A DNA stretch of 64,000 bases. Origin: an uncultured bacterium. Lineage in GTDB: Bacteria > Babelota > Babeliae > Babelales > Vermiphilaceae. Made by a program: the position numbers and the translations under genes. Where the stretch lies: positions 1,056,001-1,120,000 of the forward strand of contig OY969561.1 of the NCBI GenBank assembly GCA_963701085.1. Direction: 5' to 3'. Positions 41,239 to 50,097 of the stretch are shown piece by piece; position 1 is the stretch's first letter; each line of letters starts with the position of its first letter. The notes beneath the pieces are model-generated. The model made no database searches, was not told the origin of the DNA, and was given only the letters and a program-made list of their open reading frames with translations.

Positions 41239-42915
41239 ATGATGTTTTATCTATTAAATTTAATCTGTTCTGGCCTGTTGTTGTGCAGTACATATTCGCT
41301 ATTTTTACCACATCACATTCACGCAGTTGATAGTAAGCACCTGATAGAAACAAAAGATTTTGATTTTGATACCATTTACTTTGATGAGGATGATGATTAT
41401 CAATTTGAAGAATATCTTGATACTGCCGGTATGGACCATATCTCTCGTGCGATAGATCCTTCACAGGTTATGTCTATTCTTAACCTTCTTAAGGTACCCG
41501 CCATTTTAGAAGAGCCTATTTTCTTGCACACCAATATTCTTAATAAACGCAGTTTGCTTGATCAGCCAATTTTTGAGCCAGATAGAGCAGAATTTCCGGG
41601 CAGCTTGGTTGTTGGTGCCAGTGCATTTGTGCATAAAATAGATCGTTCCAATTTCACTAAACATAGCCTCAAGTTGAAGTCATATATCGCGCTCACTGAA
41701 GCATCATTGATTTCTAAGCTTGAAGATACGCTTACTATATTAGATAAGCTCGCGCCAGGTTCTCTTATTGACGTTGCTAAAATATTTTCTCTTTTTGAGA
41801 ACGTGAGCGTGGAAGAGCGGCAAGTTGGGTTTATGTTGCATTGTATGAAGAGCTGGCGTCATACGACTTTGTTTGTGATGATGCCCATTTATTATCTTGA
41901 AAGTAATTATTCTTTTACTCAAAAAGAGCGGGATGCGATAGCCGAAGAGTTGGGAGCTACAGATCCGGAAGAAGAATGGCGATTTGCACAAGCGCATATT
42001 ATTAGCGATAAAATAGGATTTGGTGATCTACGTATAGAGATTGATAATACTACGCTCAAGCGTCCATCTTATACATTGCGCTGTGGTGGTTTTGCAACCA
42101 TTCCAACAGCATGGATCTGGGGAGGAGGTTTTGTAGGTTCACGATTTGCCAAACCTTCAACATTACCAACTCTTGAATTAGATCCTTTTTTTGATGCACT
42201 CGAAAATCCTAGTTTAGGTAAGCAGGATATTAATAAAATTATAGCTGAGTTACTTTTTGATAGTTTGGACCGTGTTGATGCTGATCTTCTTGATGTCCCT
42301 CTTGGTAATAATAAACATCTTGGTATTGGTGGTTATGTACGGGGGAAGTTGCCCTTGCGGCATTATATGAGCACAACGTTTGCTGATAGGATGCACTTGG
42401 CGAGTCGTATATCCTTGGAGTTACAATTTCCTGCAACAGAAAAACGTTTTTATATTAACAAAATTAATGAAGCTGCTTTTGCTGATCGTAATTTTGAAGA
42501 TCTTGATCCTGATGTTGCTGCGGCAAATTTACAATTTCTTAAAGAGCAGGCTATTTCGCGGCTTTTCTTGCGTGCATTTGATACACGCATTATCCCGGGT
42601 GTTATTTTTCGTGCATCGGGAGGCCTGTATTATAAAGGACAAGCATGGGGCTTCAATTTAGGGCCAGATTTTTGGTTGCAGAATAAAGCTCACTTTTCAA
42701 CAATATACGCTCCCGCAAAAACAGTTCATATGCTCGATATTCCCAAAGCAAAGCAGTCTATTGCGTATCAGGCTAAAATTTATGGTGGCATTGTTTTTAA
42801 GCATAAAACAGAAAGAAGTACATGGATTTTTTCACTGAATGCGGATGCTTCACTCTTTGAGCGAGGACTTGGTCAGGATTATACGCTTTCCTTTAATTTT
42901 GAATCAAGCTTTTAA
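41239..42915 (+). CDS. Secreted protein, possible outer-membrane beta-barrel
   Basis: 558-aa ORF, hydrophobic N-terminus, C-terminal YTLSFNFESSF. Confidence 0.65.
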   Translation: MMFYLLNLICSGLLLCSTYSLFLPHHIHAVDSKHLIETKDFDFDTIYFDEDDDYQFEEYLDTAGMDHISRAIDPSQVMSILNLLKVPAILEEPIFLHTNILNKRSLLDQPIFEPDRAEFPGSLVVGASAFVHKIDRSNFTKHSLKLKSYIALTEASLISKLEDTLTILDKLAPGSLIDVAKIFSLFENVSVEERQVGFMLHCMKSWRHTTLFVMMPIYYLESNYSFTQKERDAIAEELGATDPEEEWRFAQAHIISDKIGFGDLRIEIDNTTLKRPSYTLRCGGFATIPTAWIWGGGFVGSRFAKPSTLPTLELDPFFDALENPSLGKQDINKIIAELLFDSLDRVDADLLDVPLGNNKHLGIGGYVRGKLPLRHYMSTTFADRMHLASRISLELQFPATEKRFYINKINEAAFADRNFEDLDPDVAAANLQFLKEQAISRLFLRAFDTRIIPGVIFRASGGLYYKGQAWGFNLGPDFWLQNKAHFSTIYAPAKTVHMLDIPKAKQSIAYQAKIYGGIVFKHKTERSTWIFSLNADASLFERGLGQDYTLSFNFESSF

Positions 42916-42920
42916 TCTAC

Positions 42921-43811
42921 ATGTGTAATATGGTAATAAAAAGAATAGAGATAAGAAGATTGGCATATTGTTTGAAAAAGGAGAGTCAATTGAAGAGAAT
43001 AATGTGTGTATTACCATTACTCGTTAGTGCGCTCATAATATATCCATCAGAAAAAAATATTATGCTTGAATCATCAGTAATAAAAGTAGCAGATGGCACG
43101 TTTCTTAATGCCGATAAAATAGAGTTTATTAGAAAATTTCGTCGAACATTACTTACGTTTATTTTTGGTGACCAGCTCTCTAATAATCAACGCAAGGGTA
43201 AGTACTTCTTTTGTGGTAAGTGGCATGGTGTAGAGTCTCTTGCCCGCATTGAGCAAGAATTGGCTACTTCAACACGCAAAGAAGATGTTGAAAAACGACT
43301 TGCAATTGAAGAATTGTTAACGCACGCTAAAGCGGATTTTATTGTCCAATCAAGTGAATTTATCGAAAGTGGACGTGGTGCAAAAAACATTATGGTTGTG
43401 CTTATTCAAGAAGATTGTCAAAAGCGTAATCGCCTGGATAGTTTGTTGTTAGATTGGGCTAAGACCAAAGAAGGGCAAGAATCAACAATGTTTGAACGTC
43501 AGATCACCAGTTTTGGTCATTATTATTATTTTTTGACTGATTTGGTGAATTTTTTATTGGATCTTGTCCATAGTTGTCCCAAAGCAGAAAAACAGTTTAA
43601 AGATCGTGTTGCAAAGTGGAGTGCTGTTAAAGCGATACTACCAACTGTGTTAAAAAAAGCGCATGTAAAAAATGAGTATGTTAATGAAATTGAATTTCTT
43701 AAATATCTTAAAGAGCGGTATCTTGATTCAATAATGCTGAATGAGATTACTCCTCAGGTTATTGTTCCTTTATTAACAGAATATATAAAACATACGAATG
43801 CACATGCCTGA
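42921..43811 (+). CDS. Hypothetical protein
   Basis: 296-aa ORF overlapping the recD2 start; start uncertain. Confidence 0.65.
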   Translation: MCNMVIKRIEIRRLAYCLKKESQLKRIMCVLPLLVSALIIYPSEKNIMLESSVIKVADGTFLNADKIEFIRKFRRTLLTFIFGDQLSNNQRKGKYFFCGKWHGVESLARIEQELATSTRKEDVEKRLAIEELLTHAKADFIVQSSEFIESGRGAKNIMVVLIQEDCQKRNRLDSLLLDWAKTKEGQESTMFERQITSFGHYYYFLTDLVNFLLDLVHSCPKAEKQFKDRVAKWSAVKAILPTVLKKAHVKNEYVNEIEFLKYLKERYLDSIMLNEITPQVIVPLLTEYIKHTNAHA

Positions 43812-46092
43812 AATTGAATCCTTACAAGGAGTTGTTGATCGCGTTATTTATCAAAATCAAGAAAATGGCTTTGCTGTTTTTGTTATCCAACTGAACGCAA
43901 AAAATAGTGTTACTGTCAAAGGATGTGTGCCGACAATTACTGCTGGCGAACAGGTATTGGTGAGCGGCGTTTGGAATATGCATCAAAAATTTGGCAAACA
44001 GTTTGATGCGCAATCATGTGAAAAGCAGGCGCCGACTTCTATTCTTGGTCTTAAAAAATATTTGGGTTCGGGGCTTATCAAAGGTATTGGTCCGGTTTAT
44101 GGTGATAAGCTGGTAGCAGCTTTTGGTGAAAAAGTTCTTGAAGTTATTGATCAACATCCTGAGCGTCTTATGTCTGTTCCCGGTATTGGTGCTAAGCGTG
44201 TTGAAAAAATTGTCACTGCCTGGAAAGATCAAAAAGAGATTTCCAACATCATGGTTTTTTTGCAAAATAAAGGAATTTCTTCTACCTATGCAGTAAAAAT
44301 TTATAAGCAGTACAAAGAAAACGCTATTGCTATTATTGAGGAAAATCCATATCGCCTTGCACAAGATATGTGGGGTATTGGTTTTAAGACTGCTGATCAG
44401 ATAGCGCAAAAAAGTGGTATTGCTCCTGATTGTAAGCGACGCATTGTGGCAGCAATTTTACATGTTATTCAGACAACATCGAGTGATGGTAATTTGTATA
44501 TACAGCTCGAATTGCTTAAAAAAGAGATGGCAGAGTTGCTTGAGTTGGAACTTGAAGGCATTCAGCATACAACAAAATGTGCGCTGCATGATCTGTATAA
44601 TGCTGATAAAATAAAATTATTAACGCATAACGATATTCATTATATTACGTTGCCTTCATTTTATTTTTCTGAAAAAGGTATTGCGCATAAAATTGATAAA
44701 ATGGTCACATCGGCACCACATCATACATTTGATTTGGAGAAAATAAAAAAAAATTTATGGAATGATTCCTGTTTAAATCATTCTTCCCGCGCTCGTCCTG
44801 AACCTGTTGAAGGATGTCCCCGAGCGCTCGAAGAAACCCTTCAACAAGTTCAGGGCGAGCGCAAGGAGATGCATAACAATGGTATTGCCCTTAATGAACA
44901 GCAGCAGGAAGGTGTGCTCGCCTGTTTGCAGCACAAAGTTACTATTATTACTGGTGGCCCGGGAACGGGTAAAACAACACTTATTAAAAAATTATTAATG
45001 CTGCTTGATCTACAACGAGTTAAATATGCACTTGCAGCCCCAACAGGAAGAGCGGCAAAACGTATTACGGAAGGCACAGGAAGGCCCGCTTCTACTATTC
45101 ATCGGTTGCTTGATTTTGATGTAAGTACCATGTCTTTTAGATACAATGAATCCCATCCTCTTGCGGTTGATTATCTGATTGTTGATGAAGCATCGATGAT
45201 TGATGTGTTTCTTGCGAACGCATTGATTAAAGCATTGCCAGCATCGGCACATCTTGTGTTGATTGGTGATATTGATCAGTTGCCATCAGTTGGTGCGGGT
45301 AATTTTTTACATGATATGATTGCGAGTAAAAAAATTGCCACCATAAGTCTTAAGCATATATTTAGGCAAGCGCAAGATAGCCTTATTATTATTAATGCCC
45401 ATCGTATTAACAATGGAGAATTCCCAACGACGGAACATGAAAATTCGCGCAAAGATTTTATTTTTATTAAAGAAGATAATCCAGAAAATATACCAATGCA
45501 TTTGGAAGCTATTTATAGTAAAGCATTACGTCATTATGGCATCCACAAAGATGATACAATTGTACTCACACCGATGCATCGTGGCGTTGCAGGAACACAA
45601 AAATTAAATCATGATTTGCAACAGCTGTTGAATGGTAATAATGGTGGACCGGCTGTTGGGTATGCAGGAGCGCAGTTTCAGGTTGGTGATCGAGTGATGC
45701 AGCTGCGTAATAATTATGATAAAAATGTGTTTAATGGTGATATTGGGGTTATTGAAAGCATTAATGCAGAAGATAAAATAGTGCACGTACGTTTTTTTGA
45801 AAATATTGTTGATTATGAAACATCAGATCTTAATGAATTGGTGCATGCGTATGCAATTTCTATTCATAAAAGCCAAGGATCTGAATTTTCTGCCGTTATT
45901 ATTCCGGTTTTTATGCAGCATTTTATGATGCTGCAACGAAATTTACTGTATACCGCCGTTACGCGTGCAAAAAAATTATGTATAATCATAGGGCAATCGC
46001 GTGCTATTGCAATGGGAATAAAAAATAATAAAAGCAGCGAGCGTATTACGTTTTTACAACAATTTTTGACAACAGATTTAGCATGCCGATAA
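43798..46092 (+). CDS. recD2: ATP-dependent RecD-like DNA helicase RecD2 (carries an in-frame palindromic insert)
   Basis: YLGSGLIKGIG HhH, ENPYRL..GIGFKTAD, TGGPGTGKTT, APTGRAAKR, VDEASM, GDIDQLPSVG, IHKSQGSEF, YTAVTRAK. Confidence 0.95.
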   Translation: MHMPEIESLQGVVDRVIYQNQENGFAVFVIQLNAKNSVTVKGCVPTITAGEQVLVSGVWNMHQKFGKQFDAQSCEKQAPTSILGLKKYLGSGLIKGIGPVYGDKLVAAFGEKVLEVIDQHPERLMSVPGIGAKRVEKIVTAWKDQKEISNIMVFLQNKGISSTYAVKIYKQYKENAIAIIEENPYRLAQDMWGIGFKTADQIAQKSGIAPDCKRRIVAAILHVIQTTSSDGNLYIQLELLKKEMAELLELELEGIQHTTKCALHDLYNADKIKLLTHNDIHYITLPSFYFSEKGIAHKIDKMVTSAPHHTFDLEKIKKNLWNDSCLNHSSRARPEPVEGCPRALEETLQQVQGERKEMHNNGIALNEQQQEGVLACLQHKVTIITGGPGTGKTTLIKKLLMLLDLQRVKYALAAPTGRAAKRITEGTGRPASTIHRLLDFDVSTMSFRYNESHPLAVDYLIVDEASMIDVFLANALIKALPASAHLVLIGDIDQLPSVGAGNFLHDMIASKKIATISLKHIFRQAQDSLIIINAHRINNGEFPTTEHENSRKDFIFIKEDNPENIPMHLEAIYSKALRHYGIHKDDTIVLTPMHRGVAGTQKLNHDLQQLLNGNNGGPAVGYAGAQFQVGDRVMQLRNNYDKNVFNGDIGVIESINAEDKIVHVRFFENIVDYETSDLNELVHAYAISIHKSQGSEFSAVIIPVFMQHFMMLQRNLLYTAVTRAKKLCIIIGQSRAIAMGIKNNKSSERITFLQQFLTTDLACR
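44789..44862. repeat. 74-bp family-A hairpin inserted in frame in recD2
   Basis: 69/74 identical to the murE copy; encodes ARPEPVEGCPRALEETLQQVQGER. Confidence 0.95.
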
Positions 46093-46748
46093 AAAAAATA
46101 ATTTTTTGTTTATGCATCATGGGCATAACCTTGCCTATTATTGTACGGGAAAAACAACCACGTATTGTTGTTATTGATCCTGCTGGTGATGCTAAACGTA
46201 CTGGTAGACGCATTGGTGATAGTTTTGAGCGTGGTCTGACATTGCAGTGTGTTGAAAAAATAAAAGAGATCATTGGAGAACGTGCTCCGCATATTAAAGT
46301 TGTTCTGACGCGCATGCCGGGTGATAATGTGTATGACTTACAAAATGCATCTTTGTCTAATCGCATTCATGCAGATCTTTTTGTGAGTCTCAATTTTTAT
46401 CATACGCAAGAAACTAAGCCTACTCTGTATCTGTACCAATTTTCTTATGGCAATGATTTTGCATGTTGTCAGCAAGGTTTAACATTACAGAGCTATGACC
46501 AGGCATATAGAATTAATAAAGAGACAACTGATGCGATGTGTCAGTTGTTTCAAAAAGAGCTTTTGCAACAAAAATACCATTCGCTTTGTACAGTTGCAGG
46601 GCCTTATCATTTGCCGATAAAACCATTAATTGGTATTGTCGCACCAAGTATTGCGGTTGAAGTGGGATTAAAAGGTAAAGATTTGTGGCATTATTATAGT
46701 GAGCCGTTGGCAAATGCTATTATTACCATTGTTGATGAGTTGGAATAA
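46083..46748 (+). CDS. N-acetylmuramoyl-L-alanine amidase-like protein (Amidase_3 fold), catalytic His residues apparently lost
   Basis: IVVIDPAG, ERGLTL, KVVLTR, ADLFVSLN, PSIAVEVG. Confidence 0.75.
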   Translation: MPIKKIIFCLCIMGITLPIIVREKQPRIVVIDPAGDAKRTGRRIGDSFERGLTLQCVEKIKEIIGERAPHIKVVLTRMPGDNVYDLQNASLSNRIHADLFVSLNFYHTQETKPTLYLYQFSYGNDFACCQQGLTLQSYDQAYRINKETTDAMCQLFQKELLQQKYHSLCTVAGPYHLPIKPLIGIVAPSIAVEVGLKGKDLWHYYSEPLANAIITIVDELE

Positions 46749-46814
46749 GCGATCAGATCTTTTTTGTAAAGAGTGAATATAATAATATGGTATCTATCAA
46801 AGTAGATTATGTCC

Positions 46815-47222
46815 TTCCCGCGCTCGTCCTGAACTTGTTGAAGGATGTCCTAGAGCGCTCTTAATAGAGATAATAAATATGCAAAATCATTTTTACATGT
46901 ACATTTTAAAATGCATAAATGGTGCATATTATGTTGGACATACAGATAATATTGATAAAAGAATGTCCGAACATAATTTAGGTTTAATTAGTGGTTGTTA
47001 TACTAAAAATAAATGGCCCCTAGAGCTTGTGTGTCTTGAAGTTTTTTCAACGAGAGATGATGCATTTCATGCGGAGAGACAAGTTAAAGGTTGGTCGCGC
47101 AAGAAAAAAGAAGCTTTTATACAAAATGATTGGGACAAAATTAAAAAACTTAATTTTTTACAAAAATAATGATGGGGAGCGCTCGAGGACATCCTTCAAC
47201 AAGTTCAGGACGAGCGCGGGAA
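46815..47222. mobile_element. GIY-YIG cassette 2 bounded by 46-bp inverted repeats (46815-46860 and 47177-47222)
   Basis: ttcccgcgctcgtcctgaacttgttgaaggatgtcct(a/c)gagcgctc in inverted orientation, 45/46 match. Confidence 0.82.
46879..47169 (+). CDS. GIY-YIG nuclease (YhbQ/UPF0213 type), paralog of 35357-35704
   Basis: YMYILKCINGAYYVGHTDNIDKRMSEH..AERQVKGWSRKKKEA; 71/96 aa identical by manual alignment. Confidence 0.93.
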   Translation: MQNHFYMYILKCINGAYYVGHTDNIDKRMSEHNLGLISGCYTKNKWPLELVCLEVFSTRDDAFHAERQVKGWSRKKKEAFIQNDWDKIKKLNFLQK

Positions 47223-47245
47223 AGCAAGAATAATTTGAGGTAACC

Positions 47246-47791
47246 ATGAATAATATCTCTCGTTCTCATATAATCATCGTCAGCACCTCTTTTATATCAG
47301 CACTCCTTTTTTTTGCCATATATAACCAATGGATATTATTCCGTGCACCTTGGAGCGCGAATTATGGTAGTGATAGTGCATCAGTTATACAAAAGAAACA
47401 GGTGACGCATTATTATTTTCATGGTGATAAGTGGAAAACAGAAAAGCAGGAATTGTTGTGGACAGAAAGTGTTGAGAAAAATATTTTTCAACTTATCAAT
47501 GCGTGGCTTACGCTTTTAGATGAAGAGCACATCACGGCAAAGAAAACAATGCTGCAGTCGGCATTGATCTCAACAGCCGGCTGTGTGTATCTCTCTTTTG
47601 ATCATAATATTTTGGGTAAAGAAGAGACGATTTTTAGAAAATGGATGCTTATTGAGGGATTACTTAAAACAATCATCTTACATGATATTCCCATTAAAAA
47701 CGTACAATTTCTTGTCCAACACCAGCCGCTCCACGATGCTCATCTTGATTTTTCTCTGCCATGGCCAATTCATGGATTTATAAAAAGCTAA
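47246..47791 (+). CDS. GerMN-domain-like membrane protein
   Basis: N-terminal TM; VYLSFD...LLKTI...KNVQFLV...HLDFSLP; follows an amidase gene. Confidence 0.55.
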   Translation: MNNISRSHIIIVSTSFISALLFFAIYNQWILFRAPWSANYGSDSASVIQKKQVTHYYFHGDKWKTEKQELLWTESVEKNIFQLINAWLTLLDEEHITAKKTMLQSALISTAGCVYLSFDHNILGKEETIFRKWMLIEGLLKTIILHDIPIKNVQFLVQHQPLHDAHLDFSLPWPIHGFIKS

Positions 47792-47883
47792 ATTAGGTGT
47801 TACTACAATATTCTTATTTTTTTAACTTTATTAATTATACTAACGTATGATTTTTTTGTTTTTTTACCTAGAAGGATAGGTTT

Positions 47884-48525
47884 ATGTATAAGAAGGTAAG
47901 TAGTGGTATTCTTGTTGTTGGTTTTTTTAGTTTATGTGGTGTTACTTTTGGAATGGAGCGGGAGCATGTTTTAATGCAGTTAATGCGGAAAGATATTATT
48001 CCTATTTTGTTGCTGAATGATTATATAATTAATGCTCCAACAGCATATCAGGCTTTGCTCAGAGAGGCATCCCTTGGACAAGATATAATGAAGCCCATGA
48101 TTAACAGTACAAATGAACAAATGAGACAATATTATGAAGAAAAGGGTGTGGTTCATCGAGTCCCTGATGCTAAAACGTGCAAAAGAGTGACAAGTTATTA
48201 TGTACAGAATCCTTGTTTTAGAAAGGCAGCAATTTTGTATCAGAATGAATTTGGATTAGATGCTGCCAATGATTCTAGCGCTTCTCTAAGAATACGTACG
48301 CTGAATTATCGTATTTCTCCCTCAAATTTTAAATCAGTTATGCATTGTGAATATCATCGTATTCTCGAAAATCTTGGTGTATCAATTAAAAAGGATCTTG
48401 TTTTTTGGTTGTCAGATAAATGGAAACCGGTTTTTATTGAGTTATATGCACCGGATGAGCCTTCTGATTGGATCAGAATTGAAAACTATTACGGATACAT
48501 TAATGATAATTGTTTCTGTTTTTGA
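47884..48525 (+). CDS. Secreted hypothetical protein
   Basis: Signal peptide ending TFG-ME. Confidence 0.65.
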   Translation: MYKKVSSGILVVGFFSLCGVTFGMEREHVLMQLMRKDIIPILLLNDYIINAPTAYQALLREASLGQDIMKPMINSTNEQMRQYYEEKGVVHRVPDAKTCKRVTSYYVQNPCFRKAAILYQNEFGLDAANDSSASLRIRTLNYRISPSNFKSVMHCEYHRILENLGVSIKKDLVFWLSDKWKPVFIELYAPDEPSDWIRIENYYGYINDNCFCF

Positions 48526-48540
48526 TGAGAATGATTTGCA

Positions 48541-50094
48541 TTATAATTCCAGTTTTTTTTGAGAATAGAGTGTATCAAAATGTTGATTTACTTTATTTTC
48601 ACTCTCATATTTCAATAATGCAGTACCCTCGAATAATTCTTTAAATTCTGCAAATGCATAACGATTTTCATCAAACAGAGAGTTGTTGCACAATGAATCA
48701 TGTACAGCAGCAATATCAAGTTCTTTTATTACCGTATAGGCTTGGTATTGTGTAGCTGTTGGGGTTGTTTTTGTAAGCCGTGCGTTGTTATATTTTTTTA
48801 CTAATGTGCAAAAAAGAGAAATATATTGTCTTATATTTTCAGGAGAGTGTTTTGAATCAAAAAACCTACAAAATAGCTCTTTAATTGATGGAAATGATTC
48901 AAATCCAATAATGTTAGCAGCAAGATCATCCTCATTAATTATATCTCGCGCGTTTTTTGCTTTATCAATCATTTGTATAAGATGGTAGAGATCATAGGTG
49001 GTGCCATTGTGGAGTAACAGATCATAAGCATGAGTGTAAAATTCATTTTTAAAATCTACGTAAGAACCTTGTGAATAATCCTGTAATAGTATGCCGTCAT
49101 TTTCATACAAATAAGTCGTGAAAATATTTACAGATCCAATATCAAGCTCTTGCATAGCATGCCGTAAAGCGCAGGTGAGTTGAAAAAAGGCTGGATATGT
49201 TAAGAAGTCATTATGTGTATGTGTTGTATTCGTAACAGTCTGTTCGTTTGTATCAGATGGTGCAGTGAGGATGTCTTTAAGGCGGGTTTTTTTTGCACCA
49301 AAGTGAAGAGGTGGTTGTTCACCTGTTTCACGTACCGTTAGGTTGTATTTTTTTAAAAGACTGAAAAAAAGAGGGTAGAATGGGGTCATATCAATATCAT
49401 TAATAGTCAAAATTCCTTTTTTATTATACGCAAACCGCCCCATACTATCTTCATGTATACCGCTATTTCTTGCCTCATTCATATGTTGGATTAAGCGAAC
49501 AAGTTTTTTATTTTGATATTTTTGCTCAAGTCGTTTTCCATATTCACCACAGACAATACGGCAAGATTCATTGTACAGTGATTGCATCATATTTTCATCA
49601 GGTCGTAAGGAGTTGGTGAGTAAAAGTGGCTTTTGCACGGATGTGCCCTTCGTAGCCTTGGCGAAGTAGGGTTCTTGCTCAGTAGATTTACTCTGTTTTT
49701 TGTAGACGGGGGTAAGAAGTTGAGCCTCATTAGTAGTTGCCACTGGTTGGTCACGTTTATAGGTCATATCCATGACTTTATTATATAGTGGCCAATTTGT
49801 ATTGACGATTTGATCATAGGTTTGTTGTTTATTTACGTCTGGCTGCACATTGGTATGTATGGGTTGGGAATAGGGGTTTGGGTCAAAAATAACCAAAGGA
49901 TGTCCTGTTGGGGTGATACAGGGCCAGTTGCGTTCATATGTCATATTTGTAAAACGTTCCCAACCAAGCTCATTTGCTTTGAACACAGGCACATTTTGTG
50001 GCGCAGGATGATGAATTTTGGGACGTTCTCGTTCCATGCATGAGGTGGTGAGAGTAGTGATGGTCAGAAATAAAGAGAGATATATTTTTTTCAT
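48541..50094 (-). CDS. Secreted hypothetical protein, tandem paralog 1
   Basis: MKKIYLSLFLTITTLTTSC-ME; MTYKRDQP, YNLTV, KKYNN..TPT..Q..AY shared with neighbours. Confidence 0.75.
   Translation of the reverse strand: MKKIYLSLFLTITTLTTSCMERERPKIHHPAPQNVPVFKANELGWERFTNMTYERNWPCITPTGHPLVIFDPNPYSQPIHTNVQPDVNKQQTYDQIVNTNWPLYNKVMDMTYKRDQPVATTNEAQLLTPVYKKQSKSTEQEPYFAKATKGTSVQKPLLLTNSLRPDENMMQSLYNESCRIVCGEYGKRLEQKYQNKKLVRLIQHMNEARNSGIHEDSMGRFAYNKKGILTINDIDMTPFYPLFFSLLKKYNLTVRETGEQPPLHFGAKKTRLKDILTAPSDTNEQTVTNTTHTHNDFLTYPAFFQLTCALRHAMQELDIGSVNIFTTYLYENDGILLQDYSQGSYVDFKNEFYTHAYDLLLHNGTTYDLYHLIQMIDKAKNARDIINEDDLAANIIGFESFPSIKELFCRFFDSKHSPENIRQYISLFCTLVKKYNNARLTKTTPTATQYQAYTVIKELDIAAVHDSLCNNSLFDENRYAFAEFKELFEGTALLKYESENKVNQHFDTLYSQKKLEL
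49646..49671. repeat. Family-B palindrome within the reading frame of paralog 1
   Basis: cccttcgtagccttggcgaagtaggg (peptide PYFAKATKG). Confidence 0.8.
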
Positions 50095-50097
50095 AGG

